A stretch of 64,000 nt of DNA from an uncultured Gammaproteobacteria bacterium. Its GTDB lineage: Bacteria > Patescibacteriota > Microgenomatia > Daviesbacterales > UBA10151. The position numbers and the translations under genes were made by a program. Shown one piece after another: positions 19,359 to 28,735 of the stretch. The notes below the pieces were generated by a model. The model had not been told where the DNA came from. It did not search any database and saw only the letters and a program-made list of their open reading frames with translations. Every line of letters begins with the position of its first letter. Positions within the stretch are counted from its first letter, which is position 1. Where the stretch lies: assembly GCA_964394855.1 (NCBI GenBank), contig CAYMZD010000002.1, positions 60,575 to 124,574 of the forward strand, read 5' to 3'.

Positions 19359-20028
19359 GAAAAATATATGGATTATTGCCAATTGGAAATCCAATGAAAC
19401 TCTAGCAGAAGCTTTGGATTGGGTATCTAAAGTTGGACCAAAAATTGAAAGAAGACCAAATTTAAAGGTGGTAGTTTGCCCAACCTATACTGCCATTGAG
19501 GAAGTTAAAAAAGCAGTGATGGTGGGGAGTTACCCTTTAATGGTGGGGGCCCAAGATTTATCCGCCTTTAATGAGGGAGCTTACACTGGCGAAGAAGCAG
19601 CTGCCATTTTAAAACAGTTTGTGGATTTAAGTTTAATTGGTCATTCGGAGCGGCGGCAAAATTTTGGGGAGACAGATGAAATAATAGCCAAAAAAGTCAT
19701 TCAAGCCAAAGAACACGATATTATTCCTCTGGTTTGTGTTCAAGGAAAAGATACGCCGGTTCCCGAGGGGGTAAGATTAATAGCCTATGAACCCATTTTT
19801 GCTATCGGCACCGGTCACCCTGACACTCCTCAAAATGCTAATGAGTTGGCGTTAAGTTTTAAAAAGAAGTATGGTCAGGAGGTGGAAATTTTATATGGAG
19901 GTAGTGTGACTTCGGAAAATGTCAAGGCATTTGTAGGGCAGCAAAATATCAATGGAGCTTTGGTGGGTGGGTCTTCACTTGATCCAGAAGAATTTATTAA
20001 GATGGTGGAAGTTTGTTTATTAGTTTAA
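19342..20028 (+). CDS. tpiA: triosephosphate isomerase
   Basis: IIANWKSN, GHSERR, catalytic loop AYEPIFAIGTG, GGSV motif. Confidence 0.85.
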   Translation: MDGGVRKNIWIIANWKSNETLAEALDWVSKVGPKIERRPNLKVVVCPTYTAIEEVKKAVMVGSYPLMVGAQDLSAFNEGAYTGEEAAAILKQFVDLSLIGHSERRQNFGETDEIIAKKVIQAKEHDIIPLVCVQGKDTPVPEGVRLIAYEPIFAIGTGHPDTPQNANELALSFKKKYGQEVEILYGGSVTSENVKAFVGQQNINGALVGGSSLDPEEFIKMVEVCLLV

Positions 20029-20032
20029 TAAG

Positions 20033-21220
20033 ATGAGGTACGTCAATATCCCTAAGTATTCTGATAGTTCTAATCGTAAAAGAAGTAACAGAATTTTAAA
20101 AAAATATAAACCCATTTTATTTTTGACTGCTTTGGTGGTAGCAATTGCTTTGGCAATGGCCATTTTTTCCGGCACAGAATCAGTTTTTCGCTTTGTTTTT
20201 CCAAGTTTGACACCGCTTGAAAATACTGATGGAAAAGTTAATGTACTTTTATTGGGTAACCCTGGAGGAGTGCATGATGGGGCATATCTGACAGATACCA
20301 TCATGGTGGCCTCATATAATTTAAAAAGTAGTCAAGTTTATTTTATCTCGCTGCCACGAGATTTATGGCTTGATAGCTACAAAGCTAAACTCAATGCTAT
20401 TTATGAGATAGGTTTGGCCAGAAAAGAAAGCTTAAAATTTGTCAAATCAGTAGTCGGTGATATCTTGGGTTTACCTATTCACTATGTCATCAGAGTTGAT
20501 TTTCGGGGTTTCGTCAAAGCTATTGATGAAGTGGGTGGTTTAGATATTTTAGTTGATCGTTCATTTAGTGACTCTTTATACCCTATTGAGGGTAAAGAAA
20601 ATGATTTGTGTGATTTAGAAGAAAAAGAAGTTGAGATTACAGATGAGCTGGCAGAAAAATATCAGCTAAAGATGGGAAAACAAAAAGTATTTATGGATTT
20701 TACGGGTAAGATTGCCACCCAGTCGGCAGATTTTCCCTGCCGCTTCGAACGTATTAGTTTTAGTGGTGGGCTGCAGCACATGAGCGGGGAAGTGGCCTTA
20801 AAATATGTTCGTTCTAGAATGGGCAGCAATGGGGAGGGTTCTGATTTTGCCAGATCCAAGCGTCAGCAAAAAGTACTGGAAGCTTTTCGCAAAAAGGCCT
20901 TATCTTTGGAAACCTTAGCTAGTCCCACCAAACTTAAATCTTTAATTGATACTTTGGGAATAAGTTTTGAAACTGATATACCAATAGATGATATGATTGA
21001 ACTTTATCGCTTAAGCAAAAAAAATCATCAGGTGGCTAATTTAGTCTTGGGGAATCTGCCATTTTTGATAAATCCACCAGCCCAAGATTATGGAGGAGCT
21101 TTTGTGGTAGTACCCAAAGACGGTAACTTTAATGAATTACACACATTCATCAAAAAAGTTATCAATGGGGAGGTGAGTTTAGATGAAGCTACTGCTTCTG
21201 CACGGACTGGCAATCGCTAG
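20033..21220 (+). CDS. LytR-CpsA-Psr (LCP) family cell-envelope glycopolymer transferase
   Basis: N-terminal TM anchor; LCP core (LLLGNPGGVHDGAYLTDTIMVASY, ISLPRDLWLD, KYVRSRMGSNGEGSDFARSKRQQKV). Confidence 0.7.
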   Translation: MRYVNIPKYSDSSNRKRSNRILKKYKPILFLTALVVAIALAMAIFSGTESVFRFVFPSLTPLENTDGKVNVLLLGNPGGVHDGAYLTDTIMVASYNLKSSQVYFISLPRDLWLDSYKAKLNAIYEIGLARKESLKFVKSVVGDILGLPIHYVIRVDFRGFVKAIDEVGGLDILVDRSFSDSLYPIEGKENDLCDLEEKEVEITDELAEKYQLKMGKQKVFMDFTGKIATQSADFPCRFERISFSGGLQHMSGEVALKYVRSRMGSNGEGSDFARSKRQQKVLEAFRKKALSLETLASPTKLKSLIDTLGISFETDIPIDDMIELYRLSKKNHQVANLVLGNLPFLINPPAQDYGGAFVVVPKDGNFNELHTFIKKVINGEVSLDEATASARTGNR

Positions 21221-21821
21221 CTCTAGAAAAAAATTAACTGACATTAAACAAAGCTTTACACCAGATAATGTGGTGACTTTCGAAAAAGGAGCAGAGCAGC
21301 AAGAGGTCTTGGCTAACTTACAATCTCTGTCTCTTTTTGCAGGTGAGAGGTTGGTTGTTTGGGAAAACCCCCCTGAAAGTTTTCAGTTAGCAGTCTTTTA
21401 TTCACAACTCCCCGTTACTTTAGCCCTATGGTTTGATCATGAGGTAGATACTAAAAATTGGAAAGATGCACAAACGTTATTTTTTCCAGAGGCAAAAGAA
21501 ATCTCTGTTTTTCCATTTTTAGACCACCTCGGTAATAAAGAAAGTAGCGCTTTTTCGGAACTGGATAAGTTAAAAAGAGGAGGCTTTGATAGTCAGTATA
21601 TTATTACTATGATTTTCTATCTTCTTAGGAATTTAGTAGCTACTCCCAAAAGTGCCAAAGCTTTTGTCAAAAGCAAAAATGAGAGGATGAAAGCCAATTT
21701 TTCTTTGGAGGAGTTAGTCAAATTGTACAGATCAGTTCTAGATTTAGATTTTAAAGTAAAAAGCGGCCTTTTGGATGAAACGCAAGCACAGTTTTTATTG
21801 GTTAATCTCTTTCTGTATTAA
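21183..21821 (+). CDS. holA: compact DNA polymerase III delta-subunit-like protein (HolA-like)
   Basis: SLFAGERLVVWENPPE resembles the delta-subunit clamp-loader motif (SLFA..LLLL.EN). Helical C-terminal domain. Weak, recalled from memory. Confidence 0.35.
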   Translation: MKLLLLHGLAIASSRKKLTDIKQSFTPDNVVTFEKGAEQQEVLANLQSLSLFAGERLVVWENPPESFQLAVFYSQLPVTLALWFDHEVDTKNWKDAQTLFFPEAKEISVFPFLDHLGNKESSAFSELDKLKRGGFDSQYIITMIFYLLRNLVATPKSAKAFVKSKNERMKANFSLEELVKLYRSVLDLDFKVKSGLLDETQAQFLLVNLFLY

Positions 21822-22709
21822 ATCTAAATCCTTTTTATCAACTTTTTCATCATCATTTAAATCAGCCCCTTTTTCTTTTGGGTTGGTGCCCATATTTTTT
21901 AAAACAATAGCATAATCGGAAGAGTTGATTAAACCATCTTTATTGAGATCAAATTTAGAATAAGCCGCAGGGGAAGCTTCATTTAATGTCAAGTTCAAAT
22001 CTTGGCCCATTTTTAATAAGATAAGAGGTTTATTCAGTTGTGATAACTTGAAAATGGCTCTAGCCACTCGTCCGTCTGGGCTGATAACTTCCAACTTGGC
22101 TTCTGTATCAGCTGGTGGATTTAATACCGCTGTCAGATCAGCTGTTCTAAGTTGACTAAGAGGAATGATAAAGGAACCAAGATCGGTGATAACTGCAGAC
22201 TGGATGGTAGCGTTAGGAATGGATAAATAGACCAGACCATCATGCAAGGGTTTATCTCCATCAATGACTGATCCAATGGTTGGTCCAAGGCCATTTTGGT
22301 TACTACTCAAAGGAGCGGTGGAAAATTGTCTGGAAGGAGTGACAAAATTACCAGAATGAATTTTTAGAAGATATGAAGATGCAGGCAGTAACCCCTTGAG
22401 GGTAATGTAATGATTTCTTCTTTTAATGGTCTGGGTTTCATCTCTGTCATCTAATTTGGTTTTTTCATTAGCAGTTCTTTGTCCATAAGTAATAAAACCA
22501 ATCACCGGAGTTTGGGTTTGCCATGATAAGGTGACAGTCTCACCTTCGATATTACTGATAACTACATTCTGTGGTGAAATATCAGGAGAAGCTGTGGTGA
22601 TTAAGGTTTGATTTTGTAGAACTAAATAGACACCACTGCCAATGCCAAAAATCAGTAAAGCTAGTCCTAAAAGAGTTGGGATTTTAAACTTATTTAAAAT
22701 ATTACTCAT
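21795..22709 (-). CDS. membrane-anchored extracellular protein with fibronectin-III-like domain and C-terminal type-I dockerin (two Ca-binding repeats)
   Basis: Signal-anchor (LLGLALLIFGIGSGVYLVL); FN3-like core (ETVTLSWQTQTPVIGFITYGQ...YLLKIHS); dockerin repeats DLNKDGLINSSDYAIVLKNMG and DLNDDEKVDKKDLDLIQKEI. Confidence 0.55.
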   Translation of the reverse strand: MSNILNKFKIPTLLGLALLIFGIGSGVYLVLQNQTLITTASPDISPQNVVISNIEGETVTLSWQTQTPVIGFITYGQRTANEKTKLDDRDETQTIKRRNHYITLKGLLPASSYLLKIHSGNFVTPSRQFSTAPLSSNQNGLGPTIGSVIDGDKPLHDGLVYLSIPNATIQSAVITDLGSFIIPLSQLRTADLTAVLNPPADTEAKLEVISPDGRVARAIFKLSQLNKPLILLKMGQDLNLTLNEASPAAYSKFDLNKDGLINSSDYAIVLKNMGTNPKEKGADLNDDEKVDKKDLDLIQKEINQ

Positions 22710-22873
22710 TAAATTCCTTCTAAATCAAAATTAGGATTGAGTGGTTCTATTAACTCCTGTGTTTTGGGTGGGATAGTGACCTTGGCTCTGGCATGAAGAA
22801 TATCAAATATCACCCAAGCGAGGACGGTAATTAAGGTGGCTATAGCAATAATTAAAAATTCTTTTCTACCCAT
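22709..22873 (-). CDS. unannotated small membrane protein (54 aa), translationally coupled (TAATG) to the FN3/dockerin gene
   Basis: Manual reverse-strand translation gives MGRKEFLIIAIATLITVLAWVIFDILHARAKVTIPPKTQELIEPLNPNFDLEGI (one TM helix). Below the 60-aa ORF-track cutoff. The stop overlaps the next ATG. Confidence 0.35.
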   Translation of the reverse strand: MGRKEFLIIAIATLITVLAWVIFDILHARAKVTIPPKTQELIEPLNPNFDLEGI

Positions 22874-22876
22874 AAT

Positions 22877-23482
22877 TTACTTCAAGTAGTAAGCCTTTCC
22901 GGAAATTGACAATAATAAATTGCTCCCTCCTTCTATTTTGCTAAAAATTAAATTATCAACGGTAATCAGTCTTTGACTTGTTTTAATATATTCTAAAACT
23001 TTTAGCAAGTTTTCATATGAACCCTCCAAATTATAAGTAAAGGGTACTTCTGTCAGCCGCTTTGAGAAAGATGTTGAGTTTGGTTCGATGGTGATTTGTT
23101 GGAACTGTAATGCTGATATTGAGGCTTGGAGCCCTGAAGGTAAATTTTCCAAGGATTTAGTTAAAGCCGCCAGCTCTGGATTATTAGGGACTGCATCTTG
23201 GATACTGGCTTTAATATTGGGGTCTAGGCTTTGATAGTTTTTTCTGGCTTTTGTCAAATCTTCACTTTTTTGAGTAATTTGATTAAGAATTACTTCTTGG
23301 TTAGCTAATTCTTTTTGTAAAACAAGAATGGTTTCTATGGTAGGTTTAATGGCAAAAATGGTAAAAATGATGATGGCGGCAATTGTCAGGATTATTCCTC
23401 CATATGTTTTAATAAGTGGGGTTTTTAAGACAGGCTCAATATAGGTAAAATATCTAGATGTTCTGGTTGATCTGGCAATCAT
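22877..23482 (-). CDS. pilO: type IV pilus assembly protein PilO-like
   Basis: Short cytoplasmic N-terminus, one TM (GGIILTIAAIIIFTIFAI), coiled-coil, then periplasmic alpha/beta domain; 4-nt overlap with the pilN-like stop. Confidence 0.5.
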   Translation of the reverse strand: MIARSTRTSRYFTYIEPVLKTPLIKTYGGIILTIAAIIIFTIFAIKPTIETILVLQKELANQEVILNQITQKSEDLTKARKNYQSLDPNIKASIQDAVPNNPELAALTKSLENLPSGLQASISALQFQQITIEPNSTSFSKRLTEVPFTYNLEGSYENLLKVLEYIKTSQRLITVDNLIFSKIEGGSNLLLSISGKAYYLK

Positions 23483-24063
23483 AATTTTTTTTCTCCTATT
23501 GTCTCTACGTTAACTGATGCCTGGATGGAGAAATTAATTAACCCCTGATCCAAACTGACGCTAGTCAAATTCGTATCAGCAAAGGTTTTATCCTGTCTAA
23601 GTCCCAAAACAAAGCTGGACAGCTCACTGTTATTTAAAGATGTCCCGGTTATCTTGAGATTAACCTTTCCCACCTGTCTTTCAATATTTAAATTGTTAAC
23701 AGTGACGCCATTGGGTGTTTGTTGAGCAATTTTTTTTATCACCTCAACATAAGCAGGAGACTTTTGTCTTAAATCTTTGATGGTGACCAATTGAAATTGG
23801 GTTTGTCTAATTAAGTTTTCATCTGATTTTAAACTTTCCACAAAAGGAACTTGTTCCTCTATGGCCTCCTTGGTGGTAGCGATGTCAGCATCTAACTTAA
23901 ATCTTAATAAAAACGCCGCCAGTACTATAGCCTCTACTAAGATGATTAAATATCGACCGGCAGAAAGTAGCCAGCGAAAAATATTTAGCAGTAGTTTTTG
24001 AGGCTCACCTTGGGGATGGAGGATATTAAGATAAATTAGGCTTTTTAACCTAAGTTTAGGCAT
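23479..24063 (-). CDS. pilN: type IV pilus assembly protein PilN-like
   Basis: N-terminal cytoplasmic peptide, TM (YLIILVEAIVLAAFLL), coiled-coil and periplasmic domain typical of PilN. Confidence 0.5.
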   Translation of the reverse strand: MPKLRLKSLIYLNILHPQGEPQKLLLNIFRWLLSAGRYLIILVEAIVLAAFLLRFKLDADIATTKEAIEEQVPFVESLKSDENLIRQTQFQLVTIKDLRQKSPAYVEVIKKIAQQTPNGVTVNNLNIERQVGKVNLKITGTSLNNSELSSFVLGLRQDKTFADTNLTSVSLDQGLINFSIQASVNVETIGEKKL

Positions 24064-24075
24064 GAATACATTGTA

Positions 24076-24333
24076 CTACTTTTTAGAGGTTTTTCTAACT
24101 ACTTTTGGTAGTCTTGATAATGTTGATTTTAATCGCGCGGACTTATTTTTATGAATTAGATGAGTTTTGGCCGCTTTATCAAGTGCAGAAAAAACTGCCT
24201 TGAGATTAAGGTCATTTTTTTCTATCCTGGCTTTTTTAATCAAGGATTTTAAGTTACTTTCCTGTTGCTTGTGGCGCCGGGTTCTAGTGCGGTCTTTTCT
24301 TAATTTTTTAATGGCTGATTTGATGAGTGGCAT
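24076..24333 (-). CDS. rpsT: 30S ribosomal protein S20
   Basis: MPLIKSAIKKLRKDRTRTRRHK ... basic helical 85-aa protein matching S20. Confidence 0.85.
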   Translation of the reverse strand: MPLIKSAIKKLRKDRTRTRRHKQQESNLKSLIKKARIEKNDLNLKAVFSALDKAAKTHLIHKNKSARLKSTLSRLPKVVRKTSKK

Positions 24334-26006
24334 ATGGGCAGTATGGTAACATATATGAAGTGGTTAAATCAATCCTTTCTCTTTTAACTGTCAGGCAAAC
24401 TTCAATTTTATCTGGTGCTATTATTATTATGGCCACAGTGGTAATTTCCAAAATTTTGGGACTTTTACGTGATAGATTATTAGTGCACAATTTTACTCCT
24501 GACACTGTGGCTATTTTTTTTGCCGCCTTCCGTCTACCTGATTTAATTTTCCAGCTGTTAATTTTTGGAGCATTGTCAGTAGCTTTTATTCCTGTTTTTA
24601 CAGAGTACTTAGAAGGAAAAGGAAAAAATGAGGCTTTTCAGCTGGCCGGCTCAATCTTAAATTTAGCTCTCTTAATCTTAATTATAGTCACGGCAGTGAT
24701 GTTTCTGCTGGTTGAGCCCTTAACTTCTTTGATAGTTCCCGGTTTTAACCCACAGCAACAAGGGCAAGTAGCCCAGTTAACCAGGATAATTTTACTGGGT
24801 CAGATTGTCTTGACTATTGGCTCTTTTTTTATCGGTATTTTACAATCATTTCAAAGATTTATCATCCCGGCTTTAGCAGGAATTTTTTATAATTTGGGAA
24901 TTATTTTGGGGATAGTATTTTTGGGAAAACCTTTGGGAATTTTAGGTCCAGCCGTAGGAGTTATTATTGGGGCTGGTTTACACGGCCTAATTCAGCTGCC
25001 TTTGGTTTTATCGCTGGGTTTTAAGATTAGTTTTTCTAGGTTGTTACATCCAGGAGTAAAAGACTTAGTTCAACTGATGAGTATGAGAACAATTGGTTTG
25101 GCAGCAGAACAGGTCAATGAAACTGTAGGTTTAATTTTAGCTTCCCTAATTTCTACGGCCTCTGTGACATATCTCACCTTTGCCCAGCATTTGCAAATTG
25201 TGCCGGTTGGTCTTTTCGGGGCAACTATTGCTCAAGCCGCCCTGCCGGTTTTGTCAACAGAGAGGGCTAGAGGTCGGGTGGAAGAGTTTAAATCTACTCT
25301 TTTAACCACGATTCATCAAATTCTTTTTTTAAGTTTGCCAGCTGCCGCCATTTTAATAGTGCTTCGTATTCCTGCAGTCAGACTTATTTTTGGAGCCTCA
25401 CAGTTTGATTGGCCTTCAACTGTTTTAACAGGTAAAACCTTAGCTTTTTTATCCATTGGTCTGGCAACTCAAGCAGTCTCGCTGCTTTTAGTCAGAGGGT
25501 TTTATGCCCTCAAGGATACCCGGACTCCGGTTTTGGTATCCTTGGTGGTAGTGGCAGTGGATATTTTTTTGAGCTTTTATTTTATTAGAGTGCTAAATTT
25601 AGAGGTGTGGGGTTTGGGACTCGCTTTTTCCATTTCTAGTATTTTATCTGGGTTGTTGCTTTTTTTAACTCTTCATTTTAAAGTGGGTGGATTTAAGATG
25701 AGTTCTGTTTTATCACCCTTTTTAAAAATGTTAATGGCCACAATGATTATGGGAGTGGCTTTATATGTGCCCATCAAACTTTTGGATCAAGTAATTTTTG
25801 ATACCACCAGAACTGTTAATTTACTAATTTTAACAAGCTTAGCTTTCATTTTTGCTCTGTCTGTTTATGTAGTTTTGGTCTGGTTTATGAGAGTAAAAGA
25901 ACTGGCAACTTTTATTAATTTGTTAAAACATGTATTTGGAAAGGTGCGAGCAGTTGGTTCTCAAGTCAAAACAGAAGAAATTATCCACGAAACAGAAACA
26001 CTTTAG
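24327..26006 (+). CDS. murJ: lipid II flippase MurJ (MviN)
   Basis: 14 TM MOP-superfamily protein; N-terminal SGAIIIMATVVISKILGLLRDRLL matches the MurJ TM1 signature. The track start is a GTG that overlaps the rpsT start by 7 nt, so the exact start is uncertain. Confidence 0.8.
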   Translation: MAYGQYGNIYEVVKSILSLLTVRQTSILSGAIIIMATVVISKILGLLRDRLLVHNFTPDTVAIFFAAFRLPDLIFQLLIFGALSVAFIPVFTEYLEGKGKNEAFQLAGSILNLALLILIIVTAVMFLLVEPLTSLIVPGFNPQQQGQVAQLTRIILLGQIVLTIGSFFIGILQSFQRFIIPALAGIFYNLGIILGIVFLGKPLGILGPAVGVIIGAGLHGLIQLPLVLSLGFKISFSRLLHPGVKDLVQLMSMRTIGLAAEQVNETVGLILASLISTASVTYLTFAQHLQIVPVGLFGATIAQAALPVLSTERARGRVEEFKSTLLTTIHQILFLSLPAAAILIVLRIPAVRLIFGASQFDWPSTVLTGKTLAFLSIGLATQAVSLLLVRGFYALKDTRTPVLVSLVVVAVDIFLSFYFIRVLNLEVWGLGLAFSISSILSGLLLFLTLHFKVGGFKMSSVLSPFLKMLMATMIMGVALYVPIKLLDQVIFDTTRTVNLLILTSLAFIFALSVYVVLVWFMRVKELATFINLLKHVFGKVRAVGSQVKTEEIIHETETL

Positions 26007-26593
26007 CCTTCAAAAAAATACTTAGCTCTCTGGGCTTTTTTAAAAATATGGGTAAATAAGGAGTGTGCGAAGTGGCTTGATTTAGTATAGTAACTTTTAT
26101 TTTCTTTAATCATCTTGCCAGTTATTTTATATTCACTCCAGGTTTTTCCTTTAGCTAAATAAACTTGAATCATGGGGTGAATTTTATCTAAGGCTTGAAC
26201 AAAGACAGCCTCTGAACTTTTTCTCTCCTCATATTCCTGCCACAGCTGATGCATCTCTTGCTCTAAATTTTTAGGCAGCATTTTAAATAGCTTTTTAGCA
26301 GCCATATCCTCTCTTTTCTTCTTATCTTTCCTAGCCTCTTCATCATATGCAAAAGTATCACCTGCATAAATTTCGACTAAATCATGCATCAAGGCCATTT
26401 TGATAACTTTTATTAAATTAATCTTCTTGTCAAATTGCTCTGCAAATAGCCATACCATCATCGCTAGATGCCAGGAGTGCTGTGCATCATCCTCCATTAA
26501 GTCGCCTTTTTGCATATGAATAATTCTGGTGACAAATTTAAACTGATCAATTTCTTCTATAAACTTGAGGATTTTTTTAGCATCTGGGGACAT
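26003..26593 (-). CDS. HD-domain phosphohydrolase (YfbR-like 5'-deoxynucleotidase family)
   Basis: H...HD...D metal-binding pattern (SWHLAMMVW, ALMHDLVEIYAGD). Confidence 0.6.
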   Translation of the reverse strand: MSPDAKKILKFIEEIDQFKFVTRIIHMQKGDLMEDDAQHSWHLAMMVWLFAEQFDKKINLIKVIKMALMHDLVEIYAGDTFAYDEEARKDKKKREDMAAKKLFKMLPKNLEQEMHQLWQEYEERKSSEAVFVQALDKIHPMIQVYLAKGKTWSEYKITGKMIKENKSYYTKSSHFAHSLFTHIFKKAQRAKYFFEG

Positions 26594-26649
26594 GCAAGAA
26601 TAATAACCTAAGATTGTGAGTAGGTCAACATTAGGTTACAATACCTTAC

Positions 26650-28401
26650 ATGAATATTCGAAATTTTTCCATCATTGCTCATGTTGATCATGGGAAGTCC
26701 ACGTTGTGTGATCGGTTTTTGGAAATTTGTCATGCTGTGGAACCTAGCAAGATGAAACCCCAGCTGTTAGATTCACTGGCCCTGGAGCGCGAGCGCGGTA
26801 TTACTATTAAGTTAGCTCCCGTTCGTTTGCGGCACATTCTGAATTCTGAATTCTACATTCTCAATTTAATTGATACTCCCGGGCATGTAGATTTTTCCTA
26901 TGAGGTCTCTCGCAGCTTAGCTGCAGTTGAGGGAGCCATACTTTTAGTGGATGCCACTGCCGGAGTGCAAGCTCAAACCTTATCTCATGGTCTGGCAGCG
27001 CTGGATCAAGGGCTAATTTTAATTCCGGTGATTAACAAAATAGATTTACCCAATGCGGATATTGAAAGCGTTAAAAAACAATTAATAGATACCTTTGGAT
27101 TTAAAGATATGGAGATAATGCTCGCTTCCGGGAAAACAGGACAGGGAGTTGAAGAAATATTGCAGGCAGTGATAGAACGTATTCCTTCCCCGAAATCTTC
27201 GGGTGAATACCTAAGGACTTTAATTTTTGACTCATTTTTTGATTCATTTAAGGGGGTTATTGCAGAGGTGAGAGTGGTTGATGGCGAGGTGCCTAAAGTG
27301 GGGTCAAAAATAAAATTTCTGGGAACAGGTATAGAAGGGCAGATTTTGGAAATGGGAGTTTTCACTCCGGAAATGAAGCCGGTAGAAAAATTAGTAGCCG
27401 GGGAAATTGGTTATATTGCCACGGGGATAAAAACTCCTGATTTGGTTAGAGTGGGAGATACTATTTCCACAGATTTAGACGTTTCCCCTTTGCAAGGTTA
27501 TAGAGAAGTTAAGCCCATGGTATATGTTGGGCTTTATCCGATTGATCAGGATGATTTTTTTAATTTAAAAGAAGCGCTGTCCAAATTTAGATTAAATGAT
27601 CCGGCATTTAGTTTTGAAGTTGAGAAATCCCAAGCTTTGGGGTCGGGTTTTCGGTGCGGGTTTTTAGGGTTACTCCACGGCGAAGTGGTGCAAGAAAGAT
27701 TAAGAGGGGAATTTGGAGTTGATTTAATTGCCACGGCGCCGTCGGTTGAATATCTAATGGATGGAAAAGTGATTGATAATCCGGCTGATTTTGATCCAAC
27801 TGCCAAGACAGTCAAAGAACCCTGGGTTAATTTAAAAGCATTTTCCCCTCAAAATTTTATTGGTCAGGTAATGGAGCTTGTGCAGGATAAAAGGGGAAAA
27901 CTGCAGGATATGCAATATTTTGCTTCACAAGTGGAGCTAAAATTTGAAATGCCACTTTCAGAGATGATTACTGATTTTTATGATAAGCTGAAGAGTGTTT
28001 CTTCCGGTTTTGCATCTTTGGACTGGGAATTTTTGGAATTTAGAGAAGTGGAGGCGGTCAGGGTGGATATTTTAGTGGGAGGGGAAAAGGTTGATGCTCT
28101 ATCCACGATTGTTTTTAAACCAAAAGCAGAATCCGCCGGCCGGCGGATGGTGGAGAAATTAAAAGAGGTGCTGCCGCGGCAAAATTTTGAAGTGGCTATT
28201 CAGGCCACAATCGGTTCCACGATTGTGGCAAGAGAAACTCTGGGGGCATACAGGAAAGATGTCACAGCTAAATTATATGGAGGGGATAGAACCAGAAAGG
28301 ATAAATTGCTGGAAAAACAAAAAAAGGGCAAGAAAAAAATGAAAATGATAGGCAAAGTGGAAATCCCCCAAGAGGCATTTTTGAGTATTTTAAAAAGTTG
28401 A
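26650..28401 (+). CDS. lepA: elongation factor 4 (LepA)
   Basis: G1 [21 protein letters not shown]; LepA-specific C-terminal domain (GGDRTRKDKLLEKQKKGKK). Carries a small coding 7-mer tandem repeat (26838-26866). Its last ~19 codons are duplicated 0.8 kb downstream. Confidence 0.9.
   Translation: MNIRNFSIIAHVDHGKSTLCDRFLEICHAVEPSKMKPQLLDSLALERERGITIKLAPVRLRHILNSEFYILNLIDTPGHVDFSYEVSRSLAAVEGAILLVDATAGVQAQTLSHGLAALDQGLILIPVINKIDLPNADIESVKKQLIDTFGFKDMEIMLASGKTGQGVEEILQAVIERIPSPKSSGEYLRTLIFDSFFDSFKGVIAEVRVVDGEVPKVGSKIKFLGTGIEGQILEMGVFTPEMKPVEKLVAGEIGYIATGIKTPDLVRVGDTISTDLDVSPLQGYREVKPMVYVGLYPIDQDDFFNLKEALSKFRLNDPAFSFEVEKSQALGSGFRCGFLGLLHGEVVQERLRGEFGVDLIATAPSVEYLMDGKVIDNPADFDPTAKTVKEPWVNLKAFSPQNFIGQVMELVQDKRGKLQDMQYFASQVELKFEMPLSEMITDFYDKLKSVSSGFASLDWEFLEFREVEAVRVDILVGGEKVDALSTIVFKPKAESAGRRMVEKLKEVLPRQNFEVAIQATIGSTIVARETLGAYRKDVTAKLYGGDRTRKDKLLEKQKKGKKKMKMIGKVEIPQEAFLSILKS
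28341..28399 (+). repeat. direct repeat copy A (lepA 3' end)
   Basis: 59 bp: gaaaatg + 9 divergent nt + a 43-bp perfect match (gtggaaatcccccaagaggcatttttgagtattttaaaaagtt) to 29159-29201. Confidence 0.85.
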
Positions 28402-28446
28402 CCCATTCGATTGCACTCAGGGTCAATACTGAATGGAATTGAAGTA

Positions 28447-28474
28447 TTGACAAAAGTAATGTATAGTGTATAAT
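28447..28474 (+). promoter_or_regulatory. consensus sigma70 promoter TTGACA-16-TATAAT driving the TA cassette; predicted leaderless transcript
   Basis: ttgaca(28447-52), 16-nt spacer, tataat(28469-74). The antitoxin ATG at 28481 lies 7 nt after the -10. Confidence 0.5.
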
Positions 28475-28480
28475 GTATAT

Positions 28481-28735
28481 ATGATCAGGAAACAATTTTA
28501 TGTGACTCCGGAAATAGACAGAGCGCTACTTATTTTAGCTAGAAAAGAAGGTAAATCTGTAGCAGAAGTTCATAGAGAAATTCTTAAAAAGGGACTCCGA
28601 ACCAAAAGTATTAAAGCTAATCCCGCAAGCGTTTTATTTAAAATAACCGGAATCGCCAAAAAAGGACCCAAGGATTTATCCGCTAATCTATTTGACTATC
28701 TTTATGGAGATAAATCCCCTAATTATGGCAAGTAA
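28481..28735 (+). CDS. ribbon-helix-helix antitoxin (CopG/VapB-like)
   Basis: MIRKQFYVTPEIDRALLILARKEGKSVAEVHREILKKGL is an RHH fold signature. The track start at 28466 lies inside the -10, so the start is moved to 28481. 11-nt overlap with the downstream PIN gene. Confidence 0.55.
   Translation: MIRKQFYVTPEIDRALLILARKEGKSVAEVHREILKKGLRTKSIKANPASVLFKITGIAKKGPKDLSANLFDYLYGDKSPNYGK

Noticed and set aside
24327-24333. Divergent rpsT and murJ starts overlapping by 7 nt.
   Set aside because: Probably an artefact of using the most upstream GTG for murJ. A downstream start (e.g. GTG ~24360) still preserves the MurJ TM1 signature, so this is not treated as a biological overlap.
26838-26866. Tandem 7-mer repeats (ttctgaa ttctgaa ttctaca ttctcaa) inside lepA.
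   Set aside because: Short, imperfect, in-frame and encoding a plausible LepA loop (ILNSEFYIL). No evidence of phase variation or CRISPR-like spacing.
28466-28480. ORF-track start of the antitoxin at 28466 (MYNVYMIRK...).
   Set aside because: That ATG lies inside the -10 hexamer of the cassette promoter. The next in-frame ATG at 28481 coincides with the predicted TSS and gives an N-terminus typical of RHH antitoxins.
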